Source: Selaginella moellendorffii (Eukaryota; Plantae; Lycopodiophyta). Taken from it: a DNA stretch of 25,291 bases. A program made the translations under genes and the position numbers. The notes beneath the pieces were generated by a model that saw only the letters and a program-made list of their open reading frames with translations, did no database searches and was not told the DNA's origin. This document shows positions 1 through 11,423 of the stretch, piece after piece; position 1 is the stretch's first letter, and every line of letters starts with the position of its first letter. The stretch is from contig NW_003314499.1 of assembly GCF_000143415.4 (NCBI RefSeq), forward strand, positions 1-25,291, read 5' to 3'.

Positions 1-1068
1 TACCAAAGAAAATATTGGAGTTGTTAGCGAAGAATTAGGATATCTTTTTAAAGGATTTGCCACCAGGGCTACCTCTTAGCCATGAGGTTGATCATCAAAT
101 TGAGGTCATTCTGGGTTCTAAACTGCCTACAAAAGATCCATATTATTTGAACATCAAGGAGATGGTTGAACTCAAGAAACAACTCACAGAGCTTTTTGAC
201 AAAGGTCATATTTGACTAAGCAAGTCACCTTATAGAGCGTCAATCCTTTTTGTTATGAAAAAAGATGGAACTATGAGGATGTGTATCAACTATCGGGCAC
301 TCAACAAGATCACAGTAACAAACAGTTATCCTTTGTTTCGCATTGATGACTTGTTTGAGCAACTCTTAAAGGCTAAGTATTTCACGCGACTTGATTTGCG
401 GTCTGGGTATCATTAGACACGGGTGGTAGATCAAGATGTGGAGAAGATAGCCTTTAAGACTTGATACAAATCTTATGAATTCCTTGTCATGCCATCTGGG
501 TTATACAATGCTCCAACAACGTTCAACACAATGATAGATATAATATTTTGAGATTATTTTGACACATTTGTTTTTCTATATATCAACAATGTTTTAGTCT
601 TTAATGAAATGTTGAAGGATCATTTGAAACACTTGGAGTTGGTGTTTCAAAAGTTGCGTGAACACAAATTATATGCTAAGGAAAATAAATGTGCTTTTGG
701 ACAATTACGCATGAACTTTCTTGAATATATAGTTGGTGGTGGCGTAATTCAGGTGGATCCAAAGAAGGTGAAAGGGTGATGGCTTGGGATGTTCTGACCA
801 CTATATTAGATGTTCATTCCTTTCTTGGTTTGGCAGGATACTATCTCAAGTTTGTCTGCAATTTTGCAAGAATTGCTCTTCCGTTGACTGAGTTAACAAA
901 GAGTAAAATACCGTTTCATTGGACACCAGCTTGTCAACATGGTTTTGTATAGTTGAAGGAGATCTTGACTACAGTTCTTATTCTCAAAATCTCAGATCTT
1001 GATAAACCCTTCGAAGTGCATTGTGATGCATCTAGCTATGCTATTAGTGTCGTGTTACAACAAGATTG
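1..1068 (+). pseudogene. Decayed Ty3/gypsy (chromovirus-like) pol: reverse transcriptase plus RNase H N-terminus (element C1)
   Basis: Manual translation gives LPPGLP..HEVDHQIEVI, SKSPY...[37 protein letters not shown] (decayed YxDD) and KPFEVHCDASSYAISVVLQQD, with several stops and frameshifts. Homology ends abruptly at about 1068. Confidence 0.93.
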
Positions 1069-1140
1069 TCATAAATCTGTTCTCAAAATTAGTTTTAGTA
1101 CACCATTTTGTTTATACAAGTTCTTAGTGATGTGTTTGGT

Positions 1141-1195
1141 TTGAATAATGCGGTTGAATAATGCAGTTTGAATAATGCGGTTTGAATAATGCGGT
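1141..1195 (+). repeat. Tandem repeat, 4 copies of a 13-14 bp unit TTGAATAATGC(G/A)G(T)
   Basis: Read directly: ttgaataatgcgg ttgaataatgcagt ttgaataatgcggt ttgaataatgcggt. Confidence 0.9.
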
Positions 1196-1283
1196 TGCTC
1201 ATTCCGAAGCAACGCACATTGCTTTTGGCACTGACTCTTCGAATTACCCAATTGATACAAGAAATTGGCTTACGAGCAATAAC

Positions 1284-1592
1284 TATCGCAAATATAACTT
1301 TAGGTATCAAAAGTTACCTATCAGCTAGTCCTTTCAGATATTCTTTTCTTACTGCCATAACTGTAGGAGGTTGGTATTGCTAAACCCTTTATCAGTTCAA
1401 GTGTTAGTAAACTAGACTTTGCATTTATACTTGGCCAGACAAGCATAGGGAAAGAATTCCTAAGTGTCTATTTAGCCAAGCATACTTGGCCCGGCTTATT
1501 AATTCTCTTTTGCTCTATCTTGCACTGGCTTGACAAAAACCCTTGCATATTGAGATTAATATCTTAATATTGTTGGATGATAGCTTACCATG
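1284..1592 (+). repeat. Truncated, diverged LTR-A family fragment (U3 start), opposite in orientation to the other three copies
   Basis: The reverse complement matches 15855-16167, 4965-5265 and 22855-23170 (e.g. aagttacct.tcagctagtcctt, gatagcttacc). The terminal TG has decayed to TA at 1284. Confidence 0.85.
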
Positions 1593-1810
1593 CTGCAAGC
1601 GACTAAATTTTCCATTCTATTTTAGTCACTTAACCACACCTCCGACCACTTGGAGGAGTCTCACTCACAACCTCCCTAAGTCCCATTTCGGACTTGAACT
1701 TGCTAGCCCCGAGAATGGCATCCCTGCCACTCAACCTTTGTACTCGATCCAAGTGCTTCACGTGTCTGATCTCGTGACCGACACCCCAAGGTACCATTGA
1801 CATATCAGCC

Positions 1811-2370
1811 TGTTACGCTAAGCCATGCCCCTTCACCTTGGTTACACCGATGGTCTAACACCACCTGCATCACAGTCCCGTCTCTCAAGGACAGGGCCAT
1901 CCGTCCATGAGTGATCATTCCAGATCCACTCTTTAGCATCCTCAGGATGTCCACAGACACGGGGATTAGCCTTCCCCAATACCCCTTTCCTGGTCCCCAC
2001 CAAGTCCCTTTCTGCCCATGGCCGTGTTCGCCAACACTGCCACTGGATCGAAGCCCACATGCCCGACCACTAAGTCCCACGGTCCTCGGGGACTTCCTCA
2101 CCACCCGACTGTATCCTTGGTCACTACACCAGAGGACTACTCCTCTTCCTTTCCACAGTCTGGGCCTTTGGGACAACATTTCGGAACACCGTGGCCTTAC
2201 GCGGACCTCATGGGTACTCTCCCCGCCTTCCGCCTTTGGGTGCTCTAGCCATGGGCTTAGAGCGAGGTTCCGTTGAGCCACGCCGGGTATCCAAGTAGGT
2301 AGTGCCACCCACATTTGGACTGGGACCATCGGCCAGTCGATCTCCCGGGGGAACTAGAGCTAGCTCCCCC
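1811..2370 (-). repeat. Probable LTR fragment, distantly similar to LTR-B
   Basis: Starts TGTTACG on the + strand. C-rich and without a recognisable protein. Shares short motifs with 9960-10460 (ccaacactgcc; aacacc.tggcc). Joins integrase sequence abruptly at 2371. Confidence 0.35.
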
Positions 2371-2985
2371 ATGGTGGAGGATATACTACGTTGTAACATT
2401 GGTCAAAGGCAAGGACAATGGGATTTATATCTTTCGTTGGTGCAATTTGTTTACAACAATAGCCAACACAGTGGAACTAGGCTAAGTCCTTACTTTGCCA
2501 TATTTGGAAGGCATCCTCGAACAGCAGTGGAGTTGGGATTGCATTTGAGTAAGGACATTCAAGATAAGCTTGATTCCGAGGCAATTGATCTGACAACAGA
2601 ATTTGATGAGATTCTGGTGGTGTGCAAACAGAATTTGCAAGCAGCTCAGGATAGAGCGGAGAAGTTTGCCAATGAGCATCGCCAATTCCGGGAATATAAG
2701 GTGGGTGATCTCATCTTTGTATGTGTGATCTTTCCGTCAAGTGAGCGGCAAAACACCTTGGTGCCTTTACGGACAGGGAAGAGTGATAAACTTTCCTATC
2801 GATATGCTGGTCCATATGAAGTGCTGGAGCACATTGGTAAAGCGGCTTATAGGGTGCAGTTGCCAGCTGGGGTGAAAATTCATTCGGTATTTTATGTCAA
2901 CCAATTGAAAGGTGTACTATCTCAAAGAGACGAGCCCAATGCCTCCTTGATGTATACGGTTGTGGACAATGGACCAAGAGCTTGA
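2371..2985 (+). pseudogene. Ty3/gypsy integrase C-terminal half with GPY/F motif (element C1); no chromodomain retained
   Basis: ORF 2302-2985 reads VEDILRC...WDLYLSLVQFVYNNSQHSGTRLSPYFAIFGRHP...KLSYRYAGPYEVLEHIGKAAYRVQLPAGVKIHSVFYVNQLK. A paralogous copy lies at 18582-18980. Confidence 0.92.
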
Positions 2986-3046
2986 GCAGGGTTCCCCAGA
3001 AAGGGTGATCACTTGTACAACTTGTCCTTGGGACAAGGACTTTGTT

Positions 3047-3058
3047 GGGGGGGAAGAA
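3047..3058 (+). promoter_or_regulatory. Polypurine tract (PPT) of element C1
   Basis: CCTTGGGACAAGG...GGGGGGGAAGAA followed by T-TGTTAGG, the typical gypsy PPT/3' LTR junction. Confidence 0.85.
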
Positions 3059-3059
3059 T

Positions 3060-3292
3060 TGTTAGGCACCAGCTTTGACTACATGGTCAACATCGGTCAA
3101 AGGGAGGCTCAAGGGTATATTAAGGTATGTTAGGGTGGAGGACTTAACCTACCCTAGGGCTCACAGTGGAGCAGTGGCGCAGTGGAGCTTTTGAGGTAGC
3201 TCGGGGGTGGTTGGGTGGTGAGGAACCTTAAGAGGTGCCATAGCATAGTCTAGGGCAACTAGATTTTTGTCTTTTTGCGCTAGATCATAACA
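3060..3292 (+). repeat. 3' LTR of element C1 (LTR-C), TGTTA...TAACA; possibly internally deleted
   Basis: Follows the PPT and has terminal inverted TGTTA/TAACA. 3060-3262 closely matches 17931-18120. The LINE reading frame begins immediately at 3293. Confidence 0.8.
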
Positions 3293-6130
3293 CCCGTCCC
3301 CAAACACACTCTCAGAAAGGTACACATGATGGTTCATAAGTATGTGCAGTGGGGTGTGCTTGTCATGGGTAGGATCATTGTAAAGGTTGCATGGCAATCA
3401 ACAACACATCCACGAGTCCTAGGAGGACTTGGAGTGATCGATCCGAGTGACATGGCAAATGCGCTATGGTACAAAATCCTCCTTATGGGCCTCCAACCAG
3501 GTAACCAACCTTGGAGGCTCATGTTCAGATAGAGCTTGTTGGCAATCCGGCCGAGGCACAACACTGCTAGACTGTGGGAGGAGGATCCACGTTGGCTTTT
3601 TGCTGAAGGGCTGAAGCAAGTAGTCAAGGGTGGCACACTGGTTCAAGGGTATCTCAGGCTATGGAGCGAGTTTCCAGTCAGTAGGGAAATGCCTAGGCAC
3701 TGTCTCAAGCCTAGAGACTTTGTGGCTCTGCAACGGGACGTGGAGCCAGGCAGGGAACGAGTCAACTTAGCAGCCTGGATATGGGCATTCATGGCCCCAA
3801 CACCAGCTTGGGAGGATGACAATGTGGAGGTGTGGTTTGTTGTGTCTCCCGAACAGAATATTGGGTGTCCTTTTTGGATTATGAGAAGCGACATGCTGCT
3901 GCCAATAGGAGATGAACAGGCCATGCCGACAGTGATGGATGATGAAGTCAAGGGTAGGATTCGAGTAGTATGATAGGCCCCGAGGTAGTTGGTGGTGGTT
4001 CAATCAATGGCCACACTACAGAGGGATGGCATTCTTAGATGGTGGCGATAGCAACTCATCGAGGATTTAGATTGGGACCTAGTAGCATGGAAATGAGGAA
4101 CAAAGAGCTTCTTCTTGTTTGAAGTCAAGGAAGCACGGGATGGTCTCTTGACTAGTAGGGAGGAAGCCTAAGGGGAGATTCCCAATGTAGTGCACATGGT
4201 TTTGGCCCTTTATCTTATGGTGATTTACCATAGGATAACACCACGAAGCAGAACCTAAACCCTCTTTATGCCACATGATACATGCCACGTGTCATATGCC
4301 ACGTGTCCAGGGACAGTGGTGTGGAACCTAAGGTTCAAGGCTTTGGGCCACTGAACGAAGGAACGGTGCCAAACTCCTAAGCATGAAGCTAAGGAGTGAC
4401 GGAACCAATCCATAGAGCAACTCCCTAGCATACAGCCCAAGGAGTGAAAGGATATGAGCCCGGAGTGACTTGGAATAGTCCTAGAGTAACCAGCATCCCA
4501 ATGCCAGGACCAACACGCAAAACGGAGCCAAATGGAGTTTGGTGTTATTTCGGCATACTGGTGGCTTATTGTGAGGATATGGGTACTCCACCAGCTAGCA
4601 TAGAATGGAACTTGGGCTAGGCGCAGAACAAGGATAGGCATGCAAGCGGGAGCTAGACTATGCCTCAGGTTGGTCGGCCATGCCCAACCTACACACTATC
4701 CCTACCACACGCTTTGGGCTTTCACCCCAAGCCTCCCTTAGTATCAGGAGTTAGTCTCTGAGACAAGCTTAAAACTTACTAACTAAATATGGAATGGTGC
4801 TAGAATGTGAATTTGGACATGGGACGAATACCATTGTGTTCAGGCCGATCTTTACATTCCATAGATATGCCAAATGAGCAAATCTGGACACTTTCCATAA
4901 ATAGCATTTGTGATTGAAATGAGACTAACACAAAAGGCATGATAGCGAGGGTGTTTGGCAACACGGTAAGCTATTATCCAGCGATATTGAGGGACCAATC
5001 TCAATATTGCGGGGGTTCTTGATACTAGCAAGTGCAAGTTTCTCAAACCAAGCCAAGTATGCTCAGCAAGAATGACCTCAAGAATGCTACTTTATGTTTA
5101 TCCAATCTAAATACATGGTCATTGACCAGTTTTTCAACTAGCTCAAGTGGGAAACTGATAACGAGTCCAGTAATACTGACCTCCTGCCATCGTGGCAATA
5201 AGGAAAGATATTCGAAAGGACTAGCTGACAAGTAACTTTCGACACCCGAAGTCACATTCGTAACACCCAAGCTCTGGAAGAAATGGATTGCACAAGGAGT
5301 TGAAGCTAATATAGTGGTGGACAACACGCTAGCGTTCTGGAGACTACTGGTAGAGGAGAAAGTCAAGGCCACCGTTTGGTTGGTGGCAAACAACGGGCTG
5401 CTAGTAGGACAGTGTTTTCAAGAGGATGCATGTTGACGATGCAAAGAGTGTGGCGAGCTAGAGATAGCATGCCATGCACTTTAGGAATGTGATATGGCAA
5501 GAGAGGTATGGCGGCAGATCTTCAAGGTGACGCAGGAATTAGGAGACATTCTAGAGTTTGAGGCTCGGAGCGGGGATATCCTCCACTGGTTCGAGGGAGC
5601 TAGAGGTCCAGCCATCGGTCCAGCGTGGAGGCACATTCGTCGTCATGGACGACACGGATGGAACATGCGAGTCCAGTGGGATGTGACAAGGGCTAAAGTC
5701 AGGATGTCAGTCTGGGAGGCAATTGGCCACGAGCACTGGTCCATCTAGAGAGCGACTGGAGTGCAAGCACTTTGGGAGGAATGGAACCATTGTCACTTTG
5801 ACGGGCAACAAGTGAGGATATCGGCACTTGTGGCATTGTGGTGGAGACTCACTCTTGCAGTGTTGCATCTTCATTACACCATCCTAAAAGAGTGGGCAAA
5901 AGCGAGGCAACTTGAGGAGTGGAGGTCCTGGTGGCTCCCATGCTTCGGCAAAATGGTAGGCGGCGAGATTCGCTGGCAGTGGCACCCCCATAACTCTGTT
6001 CTACGCTCAGCACGTGGGGGAGACTTGGATATCGACACGATTTGACTGAGACGACCTCATCCACTACTACTCCAGGACTAGGTCCAGCTGCAATATCAGA
6101 GGATCACGTAGAGTAGCTCTGAACGTGTAT
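3293..6130 (+). mobile_element. L1-clade non-LTR retrotransposon, 3' part of ORF2 (post-RT region plus zf-RVT cysteine-rich domain); decayed and interrupted by the solo LTR at 4186-5265
   Basis: KVAWQSTTHPRVLGGLGVIDP (plant L1 post-RT motif). After the insertion: KVKATVWLVANNGL...CKECGELEIACHAL*ECDMAREVW (CX2C..H..C zinc finger, about 5440-5490). The last ORF stops at 6045 and no poly(A) tail is visible. Confidence 0.85.
4186..5265 (-). mobile_element. Solo LTR, LTR-A family (1080 bp) with exact 5-bp TSD CCCAA
   Basis: cccaa(4181-4185)|TGTAG...TAACA|cccaa(5266-5270). Colinear with 15176-16167 and 22266-23170. Orientation is inferred from the PPT next to the 22266-23170 copy. Confidence 0.95.
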
Positions 6131-6226
6131 GTACATTCCCCATGTCCCAAAGGGACTAATACAAAAATTGGGCATGCTACCCTCTCAGTGCGATATTGTT
6201 GAATTGCAGCACTGCGGGGTGTCTTT

Positions 6227-6274
6227 AACCCTAAACGCCTAAATGCGCCTAAACCCTAAACCCTAAAACCTAAA
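6227..6274 (+). repeat. Short degenerate plant telomere-like (CCCTAAA)n / telo-box cluster
   Basis: aaccctaaa cgcctaaa tgcgcctaaa ccctaaa ccctaaa acctaaa: six CCTAAA cores. Confidence 0.8.
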
Positions 6275-6971
6275 CGGGTATGTACAACTGACACAAGCAT
6301 CGTGGACATAATGCATGCATCCATATCCTTAAATTTTTATGGTAAACATTGCTTTCCATTTCTTTAATGATGACTTTGCATAACTAAAATAGTAGCTGAG
6401 GTATCACTAGTCCTTGGTAGCTGCTGTAACATTTCCTTTCTTGGTGGTCTTCATTTGCAACACCATTTCCAATTTGATAAAGGTACCCAAGGTAACAGCA
6501 GCAGTGATCATTAGTCCCAACAGTGAGATAAGTGACACAAACACCTCAAATATGACACATAATTAAAGAAAAAAAATGTTTAACAAAATTAAAGACATTT
6601 GAAACTTATAGCATACGTTAAAGATTTATTTATTTATAAGTAAGATGATACACCACATTATTATCGTAATTTGTAATGAACTTATCAAAGATGTATACCA
6701 ATCACCTCAAATGAAACCAAATAAAAACACACTAAGTTTTTTAAAGTGCTATGCTAAATATCTTAATATAAAAATTATAAAACATAGATAAACAACTTCT
6801 ATTGCAATTACTATAAAAAAAATTTAGTTTTCTTCTAAATTTATTTTAACATATGTCTTTTATAGCATAACATGATAGTATCAAAGAATGTTATCAAATT
6901 TTAAAAAGCAATATTGGATAAGTATAATAATATAGAGCAATTTTTTACCGACAACAACTGCAAAAGTAGTC

Positions 6972-7372
6972 NNNNNNNNNNNNNNNNNNNNNNNNNNNNN
7001 NNNNNNNNNNNNNNNNNNNNNNNNNNNNNNNNNNNNNNNNNNNNNNNNNNNNNNNNNNNNNNNNNNNNNNNNNNNNNNNNNNNNNNNNNNNNNNNNNNNN
7101 NNNNNNNNNNNNNNNNNNNNNNNNNNNNNNNNNNNNNNNNNNNNNNNNNNNNNNNNNNNNNNNNNNNNNNNNNNNNNNNNNNNNNNNNNNNNNNNNNNNN
7201 NNNNNNNNNNNNNNNNNNNNNNNNNNNNNNNNNNNNNNNNNNNNNNNNNNNNNNNNNNNNNNNNNNNNNNNNNNNNNNNNNNNNNNNNNNNNNNNNNNNN
7301 NNNNNNNNNNNNNNNNNNNNNNNNNNNNNNNNNNNNNNNNNNNNNNNNNNNNNNNNNNNNNNNNNNNNNNNN
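6972..7372. other. Assembly gap (401 N)
   Basis: Run of N. Confidence 1.
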
Positions 7373-9877
7373 AATTTTACCTTTTGTTAGCAAGTCACAT
7401 TTGCTCTCTTTAACATATAGCTTGTGTTCCTTTAGTTTCTCAAACACCTTCGTCAAGTGTTTGGCATGCTCCTCTAGCATTTTGTTATAAATCAAGATGT
7501 CATCAATATAGACGACCACAAAATGATCCAGATAGGGTACAAAGATGTGATTCATCAATACCGAAAACGTTGCCGGCGCATTGCACAGTCCAAAGGGCAT
7601 CACCAGAAATTCAAAGCTTTTATACCTTGTCCAATAAGTTGTCTTCTAAACATCTTCCTTTGTTACCCTGATTTGGTAATATCCTGACCTTAGATCAATC
7701 TTCGAGAAGTATTTTGCCTTTCCCAATCTATCAAATAAGTCCTCAATCCTTGGCAAAGGGTATTTATTCTTCTTTGTTTACTTGTTGAGCAACCAATAGT
7801 CTATGCACATGCATATAGAACCATTTTTCTTTTTCACATATAACACTGGCGCCTTATATGACGACTTGCTCAACCTAGCATGCCTTTTGTCTACCAACTC
7901 TTCTACTTGGCACTTGAGCTCCTCGAGTTCCTTTTCGTTCAAACAATAGGGTGGACACACCATTGCCTTAGCACTCTTGACCAGCTCAATCATATATTCT
8001 ATCAGTCGTGTAGGGGGTAACCCCACCAATAGCTCCTCCGGCATGGTATCTTGGAATTGGTCCAACACCCACTAAATCACTAAAGGTGCTTCTTCCATTC
8101 TTGTCTTTTTATCACTCTTCACTGAGAATAAGCACAAAAATGCTACCTTGGTTCCTTTAGTGAGTTGCCCTCTCGTGAACACCAAGTTTAGGTAGGAATC
8201 TTTGGCCTTGCATCGCCTTACCTTTAGATCCTGGGGCTCCACCCTGGATCTTGCTCCCTAGGCATTCACCAGTACCACAAGGTTCCTACCTTGTCCATGC
8301 AGGGCTACCATAAACTGATTGAACCAATCCATCCCGAAGATTACGTCAAATTCTACCATGTCCAACACGGTGAAATCCATGTCTACTTTCCATGTCCATA
8401 CATCGACTCATGCTTGTCGAAGTACCTCATTGGTGCTTTGGCTACCTTGAATAAACTCTGGTTCACCAAGCCGCTGCACCGTTAGTCCGGTTTGCCAAAC
8501 TATATCTGCAACCATAAAATTATCCGAAACACTTTTGTCAATAAGGATTTTAACAAAGCTACCTCTGAGCTTCCCTTAGAGGACTAGTAGATGTCATAAA
8601 TAACTCTTTACCAAAGTTTTTCGTGTAATGAGTAACTTTAAGCTAAGCATTGGATCATGTACCTCAATTTGAATTTCACCCGACTTAATGGCTATATTGG
8701 ATCTAGCCTTCCTCGGGTAGGGACATTCCCTTGAAAAGTGTCCCACTTCACCACAGTTATAGCATACATTGTTTCCCACATTGCTAGCAGACTTGACTTT
8801 TTTATCCGTGGGTTTGTCTCTTTTTGCTTGACTCCCCTATGTATTTGCTTGCTGACCACCGGATCTACCTTTCTGGAACCCCGAGGACTCATTCTTAGAA
8901 AAACTCTTCTTGAATTTCCCTTTGCCATATGTTCCTCTTGGTTTGGCCTGTTTGTTAAACGTGGACCCCTACCCCGTCTTGTTCCCCTTTCGCAGGTTAC
9001 CATTGAAATGTACCTTGATAGCCGCATCCAACACTTCCTTGTAGTTGGTCGGGCTCCTATGCATCACCTCACCGTGAGCCCAAGTTTGCAAGCATGATAT
9101 AAAAGCATGGAATGCATCCATATCACCTATATCTATGACAAGTATCCTCTTTACCATAAACCCATTCTCATACTCTTGAATGGTTCCGGTCTGTTTCAGC
9201 CTACTCAACTCATCCCTTAGGTGTAGAGTAGCATTCGGAGGAATGTAAGTCGTGCGGATCCTCACCTTCATCATTTCCCAAGTGGCCACCAGTCCTTCGT
9301 TGACCTCTGTTGTTCTCCACCAAGACTTGGCATTATTTGCTAAGTATGGTTTTGCATATGGAACCTTCTCCGATCTTGGTAACTATAACGCTCGGAAGTA
9401 GTCCTCCATATTGTAAAACTAATCCTTCACCACCTTATAGTCATTCACTCCCTTGAAGACCGGTGGGGGCTTTGGTTTATACTTGGGAACTACTTGAGGG
9501 ACTGATTCCACTTCGGTCCGTTCGACCTTGTTTGGTTCTTTCTCAGACCCTGCCGAAGGGTCCACACCTTCTGCGCTGCCAATATTCGCAGTCTTTCACT
9601 TTTTCTACCGCTTTATGTCACACTTTAGCTTGTGTACGACAGTCTCCAGCAGGGCATTGGTTTGTGCCAATTGTCTTTCTAGAACATCCAATTAAGCCTT
9701 GAATGACCGAACCTCGCCACCAGACTCCTGTTTGGAAGTTTCCTCATTGGAGTCTTCCTCATGCAAGGATTCCTCATCCATAGCTTTTTGTTCAACCGAA
9801 GGCTCCAGCTCTGGAGGAGGTTCCATCTCCACCTTGGTTCGTATACGCCCTGCCTTTGCCATCTCCCAACAATCCAT
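7373..9877 (-). pseudogene. Decayed Ty3/gypsy (chromovirus-like) gag-protease-RT (element B), cut off by the gap
   Basis: ATG at 9877; gag AKSWW...TWEMMK...LRDELSRLKQTGTIQEY; zinc knuckle CYNCGEVGHFSREC; decayed protease ILIDKSVSDNF; [46 protein letters not shown]. Confidence 0.95.
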
Positions 9878-9905
9878 CTTTATCCTTCGCTAAAACTAAG
9901 GAAAA

Positions 9906-9918
9906 GGCTCTAATACCA
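9906..9918 (-). promoter_or_regulatory. Primer-binding site (PBS), initiator tRNA-Met type
   Basis: TGGTATTAGAGCC on the minus strand (1 mismatch to TGGTATCAGAGCC), 3 nt after the LTR end ...TTACA at 9922. Confidence 0.9.
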
Positions 9919-9921
9919 AAT

Positions 9922-11053
9922 TGTAAGCCACAAATTTTTCATTCCCAATTTGCAAGTTTACCTCGTCTATCCGACCAACACTGCCTTGGCTTTAGCTAAG
10001 TTCCCTCACCAAGGTTCCCGCCTATTGTACTAACTCCTACTTAGTCCTATTTGGGTTCAGCTACTCACTACACGAGCAACAGACTGTTAGCCATCCATCC
10101 ACAGATTCCCAAATCTCTCCCAATCCCCCTCCCTAGGTTAGACTGGACTTAAGGTTCGGCTACACTCCCCGCAAGCATAAGCAGCCAAACACACCAAACC
10201 TCCAAGTTCCTAACATCCCTTAGTACAACAAGACTTGATTATAGGACCCTCTAAATCCCAAGCCTTGGGTGCAACACTTGCCTCAGGACACTGGGGCAAA
10301 ACACCATGGCCTAACGGCCCAGTATGGGTACCTCTACCCCTCCACTTCCATCCCAAAGGGAAGGCCCAACCCCTAGGAAGGGCAAGGAATAATGAGCCGC
10401 AAGGTACTCAGTGTGGGGCACCACTCCACATGAGCCGGGAGCACCACAGTTGGTTTCCCTTCCGAGAGTGGGAGCTACTTTTGAGCACTTCCTTGGGTGG
10501 CCCCTCTGGCACCAACCAAGTCCATGCTCACTCCCCTCGGCCCCAGCCTCGACCTCAAGTCAGTTTGGAAGCACTACTAGAAAGTTCCTTCAAGACTGGT
10601 TCCTGAACCTCACTATCCCTACTATATTTTTGGAACCCTCTGCAGCCCCCCCCCCCCCGGGAGACACATGCTTTGGGCTATCACCCCTTGACATATATTA
10701 GTACTCAGACTTGGACTCGGTTTCGGACTCGATCTTGGACACGACCTCAGACGGGCATATGGGACATCGTTGTGTAACCGAGATGCCCAGAGATGCAACG
10801 TGATGTTATCTGGTATGTGTATAGCTATGTTTGGTGCCAAGCCCATAATACTCCCTCTTGTGCCTCGGAAGGACAGTTGGAGTCAATTGCAATTTCCCGA
10901 GTTCGGACTCGGTCTCGGACCTGATCTTGGATCTCGGACTCTGTCTCGAACTCAGTCTCAAAGTCAATCTTGGACTCGATCTCAGACTCGATCCCATCCG
11001 ATGAACTCTTTATCTTTTTAGTCATGCCTTCGGGGATCCTTTAGCCTACAACA
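9922..11053 (-). repeat. 5' LTR of element B (LTR-B, about 1.13 kb)
   Basis: The low boundary is fixed by the PBS. The high boundary is inferred from ...CTACAACA at 11050/11053. Contains a core shared with LTR-A (10608-10687). Confidence 0.75.
10703..10992. repeat. Two patches of degenerate 6/12-bp repeats (GACTCG/ATCTCG/GTCTCG) inside LTR-B
   Basis: e.g. ggactcggtctcggacctgatcttggatctcggactctgtctcgaactcagtctc. Explains the low-complexity ORFs at 10770-11025. Confidence 0.75.
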
Positions 11054-11423
11054 CTTCAGGGAGTTGGTTCCTTACATTAACATATTGTGAGGGCCAAGTG
11101 TACGGCTACGATGCCGTATACTAATATTAGCGTAATGGGATTTTGGTAGCCATTAGATTGGTTTCAATCCAAACCATTTGCTCCTATATATAAGCTAGAA
11201 GCTCTATTTCGTTAAAGTGGGATTTATTCAGTAAAATGGGACTAGGTACAAATTTTCAAGTATTTGAAAATGATGTGAAATTATATGTTTTTTGTCCAGG
11301 GGCTAGACATATCTGGGGCATGGTGACTAGCGCGGTGACTTTGTGTCCAGACTGAGTCCATCTGGTTATATAATAAATCTCATTGTCAAGGTGAACAAGC
11401 CGAATCTGAAGCTAAAGAAGAGC

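Noticed and set aside
6227-6274. True telomere or chromosome-fusion site
   Set aside because: Only about six degenerate units in one orientation; such short clusters are common within plant repeats.
6881-7390. ORFs spanning the N run
   Set aside because: Artefacts of translating through the assembly gap; only the RT part above 7373 is real.
10770-11025. Low-complexity ORFs (SQSQSWTRSQ / ETESEIQD)
   Set aside because: Translations of the hexamer repeats inside LTR-B.
11098-11127. Helitron 3' hairpin followed by CTRR
   Set aside because: The hairpin-to-CTAA spacing is too short, and the hairpin is explained as part of LTR-E.
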